DNA of 58,684 nucleotides from a candidate division FCPU426 bacterium (GCA_963830915.1 CAWHOE010000039.1:1-58684); one strand, 5' to 3'. Counted from the first letter of the stretch, positions 41,952 through 51,940 are shown. Program-made: numbers and translations. Notes: generated by a model not told the origin, from the sequence alone.

Positions 41952-43532
41952 TTATCTCGCAGGTTGTGGGGCCTGGGCATTAGCCCCAGCCGATTGAACA
42001 ACAGTGCTATAGGGTAAAGCAATCGCCGATACTTCTTTTGAACGATTACTTTCCGAACCATCATTACCGACTGAAGTGAACGAGAAATAATAACGTTGCC
42101 CCACCTTCAATTTTCTAACCAAATAAGTCGGGACGTTGGAAATAGGTTGACTGTTCACTTTATCAAACCGTCCACCCGAAACCTCGGAAACGTAAATATT
42201 ATATCCCTTCAATCCGATCTTAGTCGGATCCGCAAAACCAGCCATTCCCACTTGTTTAGCAATATCAATTACGCCTTCATTTTGCAGTTCACTTTGAACT
42301 ACAACTGGCGCTCCAGGAGCCGAAGTCGTACCCGCCAATACCTCTCGAGAATATTGGCTTTCTACTGGTGGAATAGTGTTCGTTACTGAAGTTACTACAA
42401 AGTAATATCGAGTATTTTTTTCCAATCCGCGCAAAGAATAATAGTTAGCTTTAATAGGCCTTTGATTTATTTTTACGTAACCACTTCCGGTTGTCTTGCT
42501 AAAATAAACATTATATCCAGTCAAAGAAAGTGACGGCGAGTTTAACCAGCGAAGTGTAATAATATCCCCATCAACGTAAGCGGTAACACCTTCAGGAATA
42601 AAACTCTTCACCTTACCCAAGAAAGAATCTCCAAAACGCCAACTAGCTGAAATCCGATGGGATGACCCCAAAAATTGAGCATGACCAATATAAGCATAAT
42701 CAATGCCCCATGTGTGTGAACGGTAACTAATACCCGCCGTAAATTGTCCGTCCAGTGTTTGGAATCCTGCATAACCCGTTCTCAAACCCAGTTGGTCTTC
42801 AAAAAACCATCCTTCAACACCAGCCAAAAGGAGTGTGTGATGGGTGCCCAAATTAGGGTCATTAAAATCAGAAAATTCAAATGCCGCAACTAAATCATCT
42901 GTAAAGTCATAACTAAAACCACCTCTTACCCTCAAGGGAATCTCATCTTCATTCCCTGCCTGCCAACGTATTTTAGTATCCAAGTCCTCAGCAGAAAGAC
43001 CGATATTCAACTGCTTCCCATAACGAGGATTGAGTATCGGAATATGGTAAAGAAACCCCATATCGATTCCAAGTCCGCTGGCTTGTTGTCCTGGTTGTGT
43101 GGAAGAATCAACTGAAAATAATTTTACATTAAGCCCAAATGAAATCGATTTATCAATAGCTAGTGGCGCTGCAAAAGTACCGTAATAAATTCTTTCGTTT
43201 TCCGAACCATCCGTAAAAAATAGTTGTTGCGTAGCCAACGCCCATGCCATTTGATCACCGAAAGGTTGGACATAGGCCAAATCAAATAAATCTTCCTTAC
43301 CATTCAAAAGCACTGCGCCCATTCCTGAAATTTCTGGGCGGAGAACCTGAACCAATCCCGCGGGATTGTAAAAAATCGCATCGCCCGAATCAGCAATGGT
43401 AGAAAAGGCGCCGCCCATCCCAAGAGGTCTTGCCCCATCTCCCGAAACCCCGCCTTTATCAAATGCGGCATTAGCCTCGGTTATAATGAAAGCAAAAACT
43501 AAAAAGGTTGCGGCAAAAACCCTAATAACCAT
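41952..43532 (-). CDS. PorV-like beta-barrel fused to two fibronectin type III-like domains
   Basis: GARPLGMGGAFSTIADSGDAIFYNPAGL; IDYAY...HRISASWRFG; ITLRW...GYNVY...GLEKNTRYYFVVTSV and a second similar repeat. Confidence 0.82.
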   Translation of the reverse strand: MVIRVFAATFLVFAFIITEANAAFDKGGVSGDGARPLGMGGAFSTIADSGDAIFYNPAGLVQVLRPEISGMGAVLLNGKEDLFDLAYVQPFGDQMAWALATQQLFFTDGSENERIYYGTFAAPLAIDKSISFGLNVKLFSVDSSTQPGQQASGLGIDMGFLYHIPILNPRYGKQLNIGLSAEDLDTKIRWQAGNEDEIPLRVRGGFSYDFTDDLVAAFEFSDFNDPNLGTHHTLLLAGVEGWFFEDQLGLRTGYAGFQTLDGQFTAGISYRSHTWGIDYAYIGHAQFLGSSHRISASWRFGDSFLGKVKSFIPEGVTAYVDGDIITLRWLNSPSLSLTGYNVYFSKTTGSGYVKINQRPIKANYYSLRGLEKNTRYYFVVTSVTNTIPPVESQYSREVLAGTTSAPGAPVVVQSELQNEGVIDIAKQVGMAGFADPTKIGLKGYNIYVSEVSGGRFDKVNSQPISNVPTYLVRKLKVGQRYYFSFTSVGNDGSESNRSKEVSAIALPYSTVVQSAGANAQAPQPAR

Positions 43533-45705
43533 TAGGCCCCACCTTTTCGCCATTAATGTGTATATCTGATAACTGAAGTAACTGTAACTGCTGAATTTTC
43601 CCAGAGGCATAGTTTGCTGCGGCCTCTGTTGGAGTCAATAAAGACAACTCATTTTTACCATAATATACACGAGTTGATATCTCTTTTAAACCAGTTCCAA
43701 CTGAATTCACAGTAGTTTTAATGACTTCTGCTGCCTCCTGATAGAGGTAAGGAACAATCGTTAATTTAGACCTATAATTAACAACAATTATAGGTTTTCC
43801 TTCATTGTTTTTCTCAAAATGAGTATTCAACACTTGATCCGCGGAAAGATTATTAAATCCCAAAGCTGGAACGCCACCAGCTTCAGGATAAAGGGTATTT
43901 CCGCTAGCTTCCACCTGAGTTGGTGTGGATGCAGTTCCAGGTAATGTATTTGGTTCACCTTCCGTTGTTCCCAAGAGCACTTTTAGATTATCTTGAGCCA
44001 GTTTTGTCAATTGAGCTCTTTCTTGGGTTAATAAAGCTTGTTGTTGTTGACGAATAGAAAATAATTTTGCCGTATCTTTTATGGCATTCGTTGGCGGGGC
44101 CAATATTTCAACCGTTTGAACTGGTGTAGAGCCAATGTGCCCTAAATTATCTTCAACTTGGAACGCCCAAGTATAAACACCTGGTAATAATGGTTGATAT
44201 GTATCATCCTCACCCCCCCATATCACTTTTGTGGGCGGGGTACCATGACCTCTTAACCCTCGTGCCAAATGATTGTCTTTATCGTAAATCAACACCGTCC
44301 AATGATCTACTGTAACATCTTCAGAAGTGTCCAAATAAAAAGTCGCTTTTTCACCATTCGAAGGCGTGAATGAATTTGGTCGGACATAGGCGTTAACTTT
44401 AGGAGGCGGAATTTCATCCCCACCTCCAAAACGATATGCTACGCCAATCCAAAAGGGTTCAAAATTAATCCCACTTGTATCATACGTACCAATCGCAGAT
44501 CCCTGTGAAACACTTGCAGAAGGCGAAACTGGCAACAAATATGCCGCATCAGTTTCGAAATCCCCGTTTAAAGCTCGAATACTCATTCCCAAGGTAACCA
44601 TACCAGGTCGACTAAGGGGTGTGGAATAACCCGCTCGAATTCCAAGAACATCCCGGAAGAACCAGAACTCCGTACCAAACCTAACCGTTTTATTATCAGC
44701 ATCATCAATTCTCGGATCTGAAATTTGATCAAAATCTATATCCGTAATATTGCGGATTTTAAAGAAAAAATCATTCTTGTAGGCAAAACCAAGAGTAATT
44801 TCTGGTGGAATAGGTGTTTCAAAACCCGGGCCAACCAGAATTGTAATGGGAGGAGTCGATAAAGAAGAACCAAGATTAAATCCATTCGAGTATTGGGCTG
44901 ATCCAACTAAATCATTCAATGCCAGCCCGATGCGAAACTCTTCCGAATATTTCGTAATAGGAATTCTATACAAAATTCCGACATCTACTCCAAAACCAAT
45001 AACTCGAATAGGATTCTCTAATTGTGTCGCAATACTTGGGTCACTACCAAAATATCGTATGTAATAAGGATCATTTGTAATTCTTTTAACATTTATTCCA
45101 ACTGAAAAATTCTTTACGGCAGAAAACCTGGCGGCATAAGAAAGCAATATTTCGCTTTGTTGGAAACTAGGATTTTGAAGATAACTATTTTCTTCCCTTT
45201 GAGTTGTTGACATAACAGTATTTCCAGAATAAAAATCCTGCTGTGTATGAAAAGGCCTAAAAAGCGAAAGACCCAATGTATTTTCTTTCGCAATTGGCAT
45301 CATAAACTGAATTGAAGAGTACCAAGGGAATCCGAAGGCGGGAATGGGGGTAGTCCCATTAGGAGGAGGTATCGGCGAAGTACCATCCATATGATCTTTA
45401 AAGTAAACAGGCGCGCTAGAAATCGATAACTCATAAGAAGAAAGTTGAGCCAAACCAGCCACATTCCAATAAGCCGCCGAAGCATCATCAGCTACGGCAG
45501 TAAAAGCACCGCCCATACCAATTGCCCTTGGCCCAATCCCAACAGTGTTTTTCTGCCCAAATATTGGGCTTAAATTCTGAGCATTAACAACGTTATTTGA
45601 CGTAAAAATCAATCCAAGAAACAAAAATCCAAGAAAACATCCAGACCCTTGATTTATTAAACAACTTCTCAAATTTTCTTTTATTGATTTATACACCTGT
45701 TCCAT
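43522..45705 (-). CDS. PorV-like beta-barrel fused to a FlgD-Ig-like domain and an unknown C-terminal domain
   Basis: GPRAIGMGGAFTAVADDASAAYWNVAGLA; barrel ends VAYRFG; then PNSFTP...WTVLIYD...VIWGGED...LLPGVYTWAFQVEDNLG. Confidence 0.8.
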   Translation of the reverse strand: MEQVYKSIKENLRSCLINQGSGCFLGFLFLGLIFTSNNVVNAQNLSPIFGQKNTVGIGPRAIGMGGAFTAVADDASAAYWNVAGLAQLSSYELSISSAPVYFKDHMDGTSPIPPPNGTTPIPAFGFPWYSSIQFMMPIAKENTLGLSLFRPFHTQQDFYSGNTVMSTTQREENSYLQNPSFQQSEILLSYAARFSAVKNFSVGINVKRITNDPYYIRYFGSDPSIATQLENPIRVIGFGVDVGILYRIPITKYSEEFRIGLALNDLVGSAQYSNGFNLGSSLSTPPITILVGPGFETPIPPEITLGFAYKNDFFFKIRNITDIDFDQISDPRIDDADNKTVRFGTEFWFFRDVLGIRAGYSTPLSRPGMVTLGMSIRALNGDFETDAAYLLPVSPSASVSQGSAIGTYDTSGINFEPFWIGVAYRFGGGDEIPPPKVNAYVRPNSFTPSNGEKATFYLDTSEDVTVDHWTVLIYDKDNHLARGLRGHGTPPTKVIWGGEDDTYQPLLPGVYTWAFQVEDNLGHIGSTPVQTVEILAPPTNAIKDTAKLFSIRQQQQALLTQERAQLTKLAQDNLKVLLGTTEGEPNTLPGTASTPTQVEASGNTLYPEAGGVPALGFNNLSADQVLNTHFEKNNEGKPIIVVNYRSKLTIVPYLYQEAAEVIKTTVNSVGTGLKEISTRVYYGKNELSLLTPTEAAANYASGKIQQLQLLQLSDIHINGEKVGPNGY

Positions 45706-45745
45706 CGCCCTTCTCGTCCTCCCATTGGGGATGACGGCTTATTAT

Positions 45746-46048
45746 TCAATTCCTCTTTTTAAGCTTTGATTCGGTTTTGTAAACCGCCACCAGAATCTCA
45801 GCAACCACTTGGTACATCTCTCCAGGAATATTCTGCTCCAGCCCAACCTTTTCCAGCATTTCCACTAAAAGCCGATCCTCAACAATCGGAATATTATTCT
45901 CATAAGCTAAGGCAATCAGTCGTTCTGCTATAATCCCCCGTCCTTTGGCTACAACCTTCGGCGCCGGCATGGAATCTCGGTCGTAACGAATAGCAACGGC
46001 CGATTTCCTTGCACTTCTTTTTTTCGGCGATGGGTTCACAGGGCTCAT
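45746..46048 (-). CDS. FlhB cytoplasmic-domain-like small protein (FlhX/YlqH type)
   Basis: AVAIRYD...APKVVAKGRG...IPIVED...IPGEMYQVVAEIL. Confidence 0.9.
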   Translation of the reverse strand: MSPVNPSPKKRSARKSAVAIRYDRDSMPAPKVVAKGRGIIAERLIALAYENNIPIVEDRLLVEMLEKVGLEQNIPGEMYQVVAEILVAVYKTESKLKKRN

Positions 46049-46051
46049 CTA

Positions 46052-46747
46052 TCATCCTCGAACATTCAGCCGATAATCAGAAGAAATATTCAGCGGTTTA
46101 CTTAAGAATAATGTTGGGCCATTCAAGTTAAAGCCAGCATTCTTAAGCGATGTTTCAATCTCAGTTGCTAATATCTTTTGGTCTCCTTTGTTTTTGCCAA
46201 AACTATCAAAATAAGCCTGTAGGGTAATTTGTTTCCCTAAAAGATGCACACACCATTGTGAGTCGCCTTGATTCTCAGTTTTAATCGTAAAAACAAAATA
46301 TATAGCTGGTTTACTTTTCTTAAATAAACCTTGTTCATTCTTTTCAACAAAAATGTTCAACTTTGCTAAGCCATGCTTCCCGCCAAACGCCAGTGGGATT
46401 ATCGCCGAAAATCGAACAACCGCATCCACATCTAGCGAAGAGTTTTTTATGATCTCACCTAAAGTAATTGGTTTTTCAGTAACCTCATTTTTAGAAATAA
46501 TTTTTACTAAACTTCCAGGGCTCAGCGACTCATCAGACCGCACTTTAACTTTTGTCCCGTTATCCATCTCCACTAAAAAAATCCTATTCTCTAGTACTTT
46601 CACAACCGTCCCGAGTTTTACACCCCCCGAAGAGGAAAACAACGGATTATAGTTCCCTTTTCCAACACCAGCTTCAATCGGTATAACCGTGTCCATCATT
46701 GCCTTTACTCTTGGCCTTCCGACTTGCTTATACAGATCATCCAGCAA
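46052..46747 (-). CDS. Hypothetical protein, possibly with a FliK-C-like domain
   Basis: 231-aa ORF in the operon next to the FlhX-like gene; IETSLKNAGF near the C-terminus. Confidence 0.6.
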   Translation of the reverse strand: MLDDLYKQVGRPRVKAMMDTVIPIEAGVGKGNYNPLFSSSGGVKLGTVVKVLENRIFLVEMDNGTKVKVRSDESLSPGSLVKIISKNEVTEKPITLGEIIKNSSLDVDAVVRFSAIIPLAFGGKHGLAKLNIFVEKNEQGLFKKSKPAIYFVFTIKTENQGDSQWCVHLLGKQITLQAYFDSFGKNKGDQKILATEIETSLKNAGFNLNGPTLFLSKPLNISSDYRLNVRG

Positions 46748-46759
46748 TTACAAAAATTA

Positions 46760-47380
46760 CTAATTCGGCGTGGAATATCTATTTCCCCTCAAATTTAGGA
46801 TCAGTTGAACTTCTGCTCTATTCAATTTCGTTTGACGAACAATCTCGTTTAATTCAAGTTCTTCATCAGCTAAACGGTAGACCTCCCGAACCACCTGGGA
46901 AGAAAAGCCTACTATTTTGTCTTGTTCTGTTTCTGGTCTCTTGTTTTTTTCACGTAGATCTAAAGAATGTAATTTCTCTATTTGAGGGCGTTCAACCTTT
47001 ACAGATGATTTTCTCCCCATCCGAATCACACTCATCTTGTTTTCCAACTGGTTCTTTTCATCATTTACCTCTTCCGCCAACTCAAGGGTTTTCTTCAAAT
47101 CTTTTTGAAGCTTTCCCAAAACCTTTTTAAACAGCTCCGTCTTCGTTTCTGCTTCCCTGACTTGTTCTTGTATATTATCGGATACTTCTTTCCCTAATTG
47201 TCTTAACGTCAACAACAGCTCTTGTAAATTTTCCTTAATTTCCTGAACTTGCATATTTTTTAAAATGTCCAAATCCTCTTTTTTCTTATGCGTCTGTGTA
47301 ATTGAATAATTGAATAAAAATATTATCGCAAACAGTAAAACACCATCAAAAAAGAATTGAAGAACCATAAAAACATCCAT
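46760..47380 (-). CDS. Membrane-anchored coiled-coil protein with C-terminal HTH-like end (DUF2802/DUF6115-like)
   Basis: N-terminal TM; VYRLADE...EIVRQTKLNRAEVQLILNL. Confidence 0.7.
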   Translation of the reverse strand: MDVFMVLQFFFDGVLLFAIIFLFNYSITQTHKKKEDLDILKNMQVQEIKENLQELLLTLRQLGKEVSDNIQEQVREAETKTELFKKVLGKLQKDLKKTLELAEEVNDEKNQLENKMSVIRMGRKSSVKVERPQIEKLHSLDLREKNKRPETEQDKIVGFSSQVVREVYRLADEELELNEIVRQTKLNRAEVQLILNLRGNRYSTPN

Positions 47381-47381
47381 G

Positions 47382-47701
47382 TCACACCCTTATATCCATC
47401 TTATATTTCGAGGTCCTAATCTCTTCCGAAATTATTTGGCCTGGTTTTTCTTTTTTTCCAAACCCCGTGCCCTCGTCCTGCCCACTTGTGCTTTTCCCTT
47501 CATTTTCTTTTGTTCAAACCGACTTTAAGTCTATTGTATTATTTTCCGTTTCATTAACTTGCTTTTTTAATTTTCGAAGACTTTCTTCTAAGCTATTTTA
47601 GTTTGAACTTGCTGGCGGTTCTGTTCTATCTGAAATGCTAATTGCGCTCGCGCCGTCGCATCCCCCTGAGTATTGATATAATTCCCGTCGAACCCTCGCA
47701 T
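47382..47701 (-). pseudogene. Cryptic flagellar-operon ORF (about 106 aa) with one frameshift and one in-frame TGA
   Basis: Manual translation MRGFDGNYINTQGDATARAQLAFQIEQNRQQVQTKIA / LEESLRKLKKQVNETENNTIDLKSV*TKENEG...KYKMDIRV; fills the gap between fapA and the next gene. Confidence 0.55.
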
Positions 47702-47715
47702 GGGCTAACATCGTA

Positions 47716-49416
47716 TTAATTGCCTCGGAACGGGCCTACTTTCACTTCACCGTCGGACTCCGTCAAGGTGCAATACTTTAATTCCTCGGTTATTTGGCGG
47801 GATGCTTTATTGATTGTGATTTTAACTCCAGTATGAATTATACCCATACATGTAACTTTAGCATGTCTTCTACGATCTTCAGCGCCTTCCTGATCTTTCT
47901 TTTCTAGTTCTTGTTTTTTCTCTGACATGGATTTTGTGTCGGCCATTAATTTAAATTGAGCACGCGTCAATTTTGTCAGAAGTTCTTTTTTATCCGGTGG
48001 AAGATTCCCTCCCATTTTTCCCTGTAAATCTTTAAGAAACTGAATTCCTTTTTTTGTTTTATCTAAGTTCTCAACCGTACTTTTAAGTTCAAGTTCAAGT
48101 TTTTGAAGTTCATCCCTCAAGCCAACAGCCGCACCAACGATAACTTCCGTAGGAGTGGCAAAATTAGACCCCATTGAAGCTGCGTTCACTTCTAAACCCG
48201 CAATAACCTGACCACCAACAATAACTCCTTTTTTGCCAGCCACCGTAACTTTCCCACCAACAGTGACTTTGCTGTGCATGACCGCTTGAGAACTTGTTAA
48301 ATTCCCTCCAACATCAACGGTTGCATTTCTTACATATTTTATATTTGCATCCCCTTGGCAAGTAATTCTTGCTTTATCATTCCCGCTAACCCCACCTGCA
48401 ATCGTTAGCTTCCCGCCACTTTTGATTTCCGCACCTTCAACTACCCCGTTTATAATGATGTCCTCACCAGCATAAACTTTAAAACCATCTTTCACATCTC
48501 CACGAACAATAACAGTACCAATGAAATCAATATTTCCAGTTGATAATTCAACATCTCCAGGCACTTCAAAAAGCGCCATAACTGAAATTTTATTATCCTT
48601 AACAATTACCTGACCGTCCGAATCGGCAATCCACTCGTCATTATTATCTGGGGAAACAACCACACCTTTTCCCGCACTGACTTCAATATCTTTTCCATCT
48701 TTAGCATCAATCGGTTTTCCGGTAACAGTCATCCCAGGCATACCCTTTGTTGGAGGGATTTTACGAGCTAGTAAAGTTCCTTTGGCGATATTATCAATTT
48801 TATGGACCGCCCTATAATCAATACGCCCGTCTTCTGTTTCTTCCAGAACAGGATTTTGAGTTTGTTCCTCTTCTTTTTTGTAAAGATATTCGACCCGAGC
48901 ATCCTCACCATTAGTTACAGGAGTACCAAAAGCAACTTCATACTCGACAGGCTCGCTGATATTCTTTGTAGATATAATTTGAGAAAGCTTAGCGGATAAT
49001 TCCATCATCCGCGTTTCATCAACTCCATACACAACGTTACGTTTTTTTAATGTTTCTCGCACATCGTCCAATGTTGAAAAATGACCCGTCTCACTTTGCG
49101 GAGGAACAACCGTTACTTTTGCTAACATTTCGTCATCACTAATTTCGACGAAAATTTGATCTTGGGTTCCTCCGGCGGAGTTCCCCGAAAGATTCTTAGC
49201 CCCCGAAATTTTCTGAGGTTTTCCAGAGGATTGGTTGACAACTTGCGCTAAAAAAGAAGGGCTATCAGCGGTTACCTTGTTTTTTGCCAATTCTTTTTTT
49301 ACATCCTCTAAGCTCGCTCTCGCACCTTTTCCCGATGGAGGAAATACGGTTAAATAAATCCCATCACTTTCGGTTGTGATGGTTGTGTATCCGTTCATGT
49401 CCTTGGACCCTACCAT
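47716..49416 (-). CDS. FapA/DUF342 family flagellar assembly protein
   Basis: VAFGTPVTNGEDA; DGRIDYR; PPTKGMPGMTVTG; GDVELSTGNIDFIGTVIVRGDV; SD AAAGGAGG before ATG 49416. Confidence 0.9.
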   Translation of the reverse strand: MVGSKDMNGYTTITTESDGIYLTVFPPSGKGARASLEDVKKELAKNKVTADSPSFLAQVVNQSSGKPQKISGAKNLSGNSAGGTQDQIFVEISDDEMLAKVTVVPPQSETGHFSTLDDVRETLKKRNVVYGVDETRMMELSAKLSQIISTKNISEPVEYEVAFGTPVTNGEDARVEYLYKKEEEQTQNPVLEETEDGRIDYRAVHKIDNIAKGTLLARKIPPTKGMPGMTVTGKPIDAKDGKDIEVSAGKGVVVSPDNNDEWIADSDGQVIVKDNKISVMALFEVPGDVELSTGNIDFIGTVIVRGDVKDGFKVYAGEDIIINGVVEGAEIKSGGKLTIAGGVSGNDKARITCQGDANIKYVRNATVDVGGNLTSSQAVMHSKVTVGGKVTVAGKKGVIVGGQVIAGLEVNAASMGSNFATPTEVIVGAAVGLRDELQKLELELKSTVENLDKTKKGIQFLKDLQGKMGGNLPPDKKELLTKLTRAQFKLMADTKSMSEKKQELEKKDQEGAEDRRRHAKVTCMGIIHTGVKITINKASRQITEELKYCTLTESDGEVKVGPFRGN

Positions 49417-50218
49417 ACGTCCTCCTTTCATCGACTAGTTCCTGTAACCGAAAAACAGCCAAATGATGAATTTGGCAAATCCTCGACTCACTCACCTTGA
49501 GGATTTTTCCAATTTCCTTAAAAGTCAGACTTTCTACATAATAAAAATGGAGAACCTGTTGCTCCGCTTCAGCTAATTTTTTCAATGCACTCTTTACAAT
49601 CTCAATTCTCTCTTGTTTCTCAACTTTATCAAGTGGATTTTCCGCTTTTGAATCTGCTAAAACGTCAACCCAAGATCCTCCATCTTCATGATCCTCCGAT
49701 ATCTCCGCATCAAGAGACAAAAGATTCAGCATATTAATCTCAGCGATCCAGTCATATAGCTCTTCTAACTGGATTCCCAAAGCTTTTGCAGTCTCTTCTT
49801 CCCTAGGCTGTCTTCCCAAACGGGCAATTAGCTTTTTCTCAGCTTCCTGAATTGCCCTAGCCTGTTTTCTAAGATTTCTTCTTGCAAAGTCAAGATTTCG
49901 TAGTTCATCCACCATTTGGCCACGAATTCGATAACGCGCGTAAGCTTCAAATGCTCTTCCAGGTGTTTCTTTCTTATCAAGAGGCGGCGTGAAATGGTCT
50001 AGTGCCTGTAAAAGGCCGATAACACCAGCCGACCCTAAATCCTCTTTCTTTTCCCAATAAACTCTAACCGGCAAACGAGCAAGCAATCTCCTGCATTCCC
50101 CATCCACAAGATAATAATAAGAACCCGCTAATTCATCCCTAACATCTAGTTTCTTTTTATCTTTTAAAAACTTTTTCCAAGTCCCATCCAACTTCTCTCC
50201 TAAATACATAATCTCCAA
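49364..50218 (-). CDS. fliA: RNA polymerase sigma factor, FliA/WhiG (sigma-28) family
   Basis: EDLGSAGVIGLLQA; YARYRIRGQMVDELR; LGRQP; LTFKEIGKILKVSESRICQIH. Confidence 0.92.
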   Translation of the reverse strand: MEIMYLGEKLDGTWKKFLKDKKKLDVRDELAGSYYYLVDGECRRLLARLPVRVYWEKKEDLGSAGVIGLLQALDHFTPPLDKKETPGRAFEAYARYRIRGQMVDELRNLDFARRNLRKQARAIQEAEKKLIARLGRQPREEETAKALGIQLEELYDWIAEINMLNLLSLDAEISEDHEDGGSWVDVLADSKAENPLDKVEKQERIEIVKSALKKLAEAEQQVLHFYYVESLTFKEIGKILKVSESRICQIHHLAVFRLQELVDERRTYGRVQGHERIHNHHNRK

Positions 50219-50626
50219 CTATTTCTTATCTGGTGAAAGCTCAGGAAAAACAAAATCAACTGATTGCCCTTTATTTTCATCCGTATCAGGACTAAGTTCC
50301 GTCTGAATATTTTCTTCAACTATTGGTTCCGGTTCTACCATTGTCTTTTCATCAGATTCTTTTTCATATTCTTTTGAAATTTTTCCGAAATAAGAAAATG
50401 ATAACCAAGTCAACAATCCGCCCAAGAAAAAACCAAGAAAACTGGCCGCCAAAAAGCTAAGCACTAAGCTATCAAGGGCCATTCCGGTATAAGCACCAAC
50501 GAGAGAAATAACCAAAAAAGCTAAAACCGATCCAGCCGATCCTCCCACCATGAGAATTTGGTATCGTCCCGATGGTTTTTCTTTTGTTATTTCATAAAAC
50601 TGTTTATCTCTTGCTCGGTCCGCCAT
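50219..50626 (-). CDS. Hypothetical membrane protein (2 TM, acidic tail)
   Basis: Two hydrophobic segments, acidic C-terminus; abuts fliA. Confidence 0.65.
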   Translation of the reverse strand: MADRARDKQFYEITKEKPSGRYQILMVGGSAGSVLAFLVISLVGAYTGMALDSLVLSFLAASFLGFFLGGLLTWLSFSYFGKISKEYEKESDEKTMVEPEPIVEENIQTELSPDTDENKGQSVDFVFPELSPDKK

Positions 50627-50635
50627 TTTTCTCTC

Positions 50636-51028
50636 CTAACTATTTTTTACTTTTCGGACATTCTTTCTTTGGTAGTCAAAGATAAATTTCATAATCATTT
50701 CTTGTGCCTCAGGATCCAATTCTATGAAATTAATCTTTTCTATTCGTCTGGAAATTCCATCCACTACTAGATCTTCACCCCCAAGAACTTGTCCCACGAT
50801 AAACGGGTGGGTTTCTTTGCCCAATTCAATTTCAATATCTAATTTAAGCCCGGTTTTTAATGGCTTGCCAACGGTTAATTTCATCCCTCCGCTCGAAAGA
50901 TCGTATGTCCTTCCAACATTGAAAACATTGTCAAATACAGGATTTCCAGTGAAAGGTCTGTACTTCACCGGAAGCACAACATCCAATCGAACAAAATTTC
51001 GCTTTTGGTTTTTTTTTGATTCGGCCAT
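50636..51028 (-). CDS. Single-domain PilZ protein (c-di-GMP receptor)
   Basis: QKRNFVR (RxxxR) and DLSSGG (D/NxSxxG). Confidence 0.88.
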   Translation of the reverse strand: MAESKKNQKRNFVRLDVVLPVKYRPFTGNPVFDNVFNVGRTYDLSSGGMKLTVGKPLKTGLKLDIEIELGKETHPFIVGQVLGGEDLVVDGISRRIEKINFIELDPEAQEMIMKFIFDYQRKNVRKVKNS

Positions 51029-51927
51029 TATTTTTCTCCCCCAAATATCCGAGTCACTTTTTTGAAGAAATTAATGATATTCGTTTCTCCTTGAAAACCT
51101 TTCCCTGATAAAAAAACATCAACTAAACGTGTGATATTAACCGCCGCAGGACTCAAGGGAGATGATAAAAGAATGGGCTTTTGTTCTTTAACCGCTCTAA
51201 CCATTCCCATATCTCTCGGTATAAAACCCATGTATTCGATATCCAAATCTAAAAATCGCTTGGAAAGGATTACTAGTTTTTTGCCCGCTTCATCCGCTTC
51301 CAATTGATTAGAAGCCATATTTACAAGGATATTGATAACCGGGTTTGTTTTTTCTCTAAAAATGGTTTTTATCATCCCATAGGCGTCCATGAGTGCCGTA
51401 GGTTCCGGAGTGGTCACAATTAATACTTCCTCAGCCGCCAATACAAAAGCCAAAACATTTCGATGAAGACCTGCACCAGTGTCGATTAAAATCATATCTG
51501 AATCATATTGAAGTTCTAGGAGTGCATTTAAAAATCTATTCCGTTGCGTTTCATTTAAATCAGCCAATTCTTGAATCCCACCAGATCCTGACGCTACAAG
51601 GCGAATACCCAATGGGCCTTCCAAAACAATTTCCTGAAGATTTTTTTGGCCATTTAGAACATTTAATAGGGTGAATTGAGGAATCATTCCTAACATCACA
51701 TCGACATTAGCCAATCCCATATCAGCATCCATTAAAAGTACTTTTTTTCCTTTGACTGCCATAGCCAAAGCGAAATTCACAGCAATATTTGTTTTTCCAA
51801 CTCCGCCTTTCCCACTGGTTACCGCTACTAAACGACAACGATCCATCCGATGATTATAATTAGTCGGTGTTTTAGGGGCATTTTGATGGCCCATTAATTG
51901 ACGTAATTTTTCAGCTTGATCCTGCAT
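51028..51927 (-). CDS. flhG: FlhG/FleN MinD-like ATPase
   Basis: MQDQAEKLR; SGKGGVGKT; DADMGLAN; DTGAG; TTPEPTA. Confidence 0.95.
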   Translation of the reverse strand: MQDQAEKLRQLMGHQNAPKTPTNYNHRMDRCRLVAVTSGKGGVGKTNIAVNFALAMAVKGKKVLLMDADMGLANVDVMLGMIPQFTLLNVLNGQKNLQEIVLEGPLGIRLVASGSGGIQELADLNETQRNRFLNALLELQYDSDMILIDTGAGLHRNVLAFVLAAEEVLIVTTPEPTALMDAYGMIKTIFREKTNPVINILVNMASNQLEADEAGKKLVILSKRFLDLDIEYMGFIPRDMGMVRAVKEQKPILLSSPLSPAAVNITRLVDVFLSGKGFQGETNIINFFKKVTRIFGGEK

Positions 51928-51940
51928 CCTGATCCTTCCG

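Noticed and set aside
47514..47516. TGA recoding (alternative genetic code or selenocysteine)
   Set aside because: TGA is a normal stop in ruvB, flhA, flgG and others; a single case in an already frameshifted ORF is not evidence.
49364..49431. fliA/fapA overlap as a special feature
   Set aside because: With the SD-supported fapA start at 49416 the overlap is 53 nt of non-conserved FliA tail; unremarkable.
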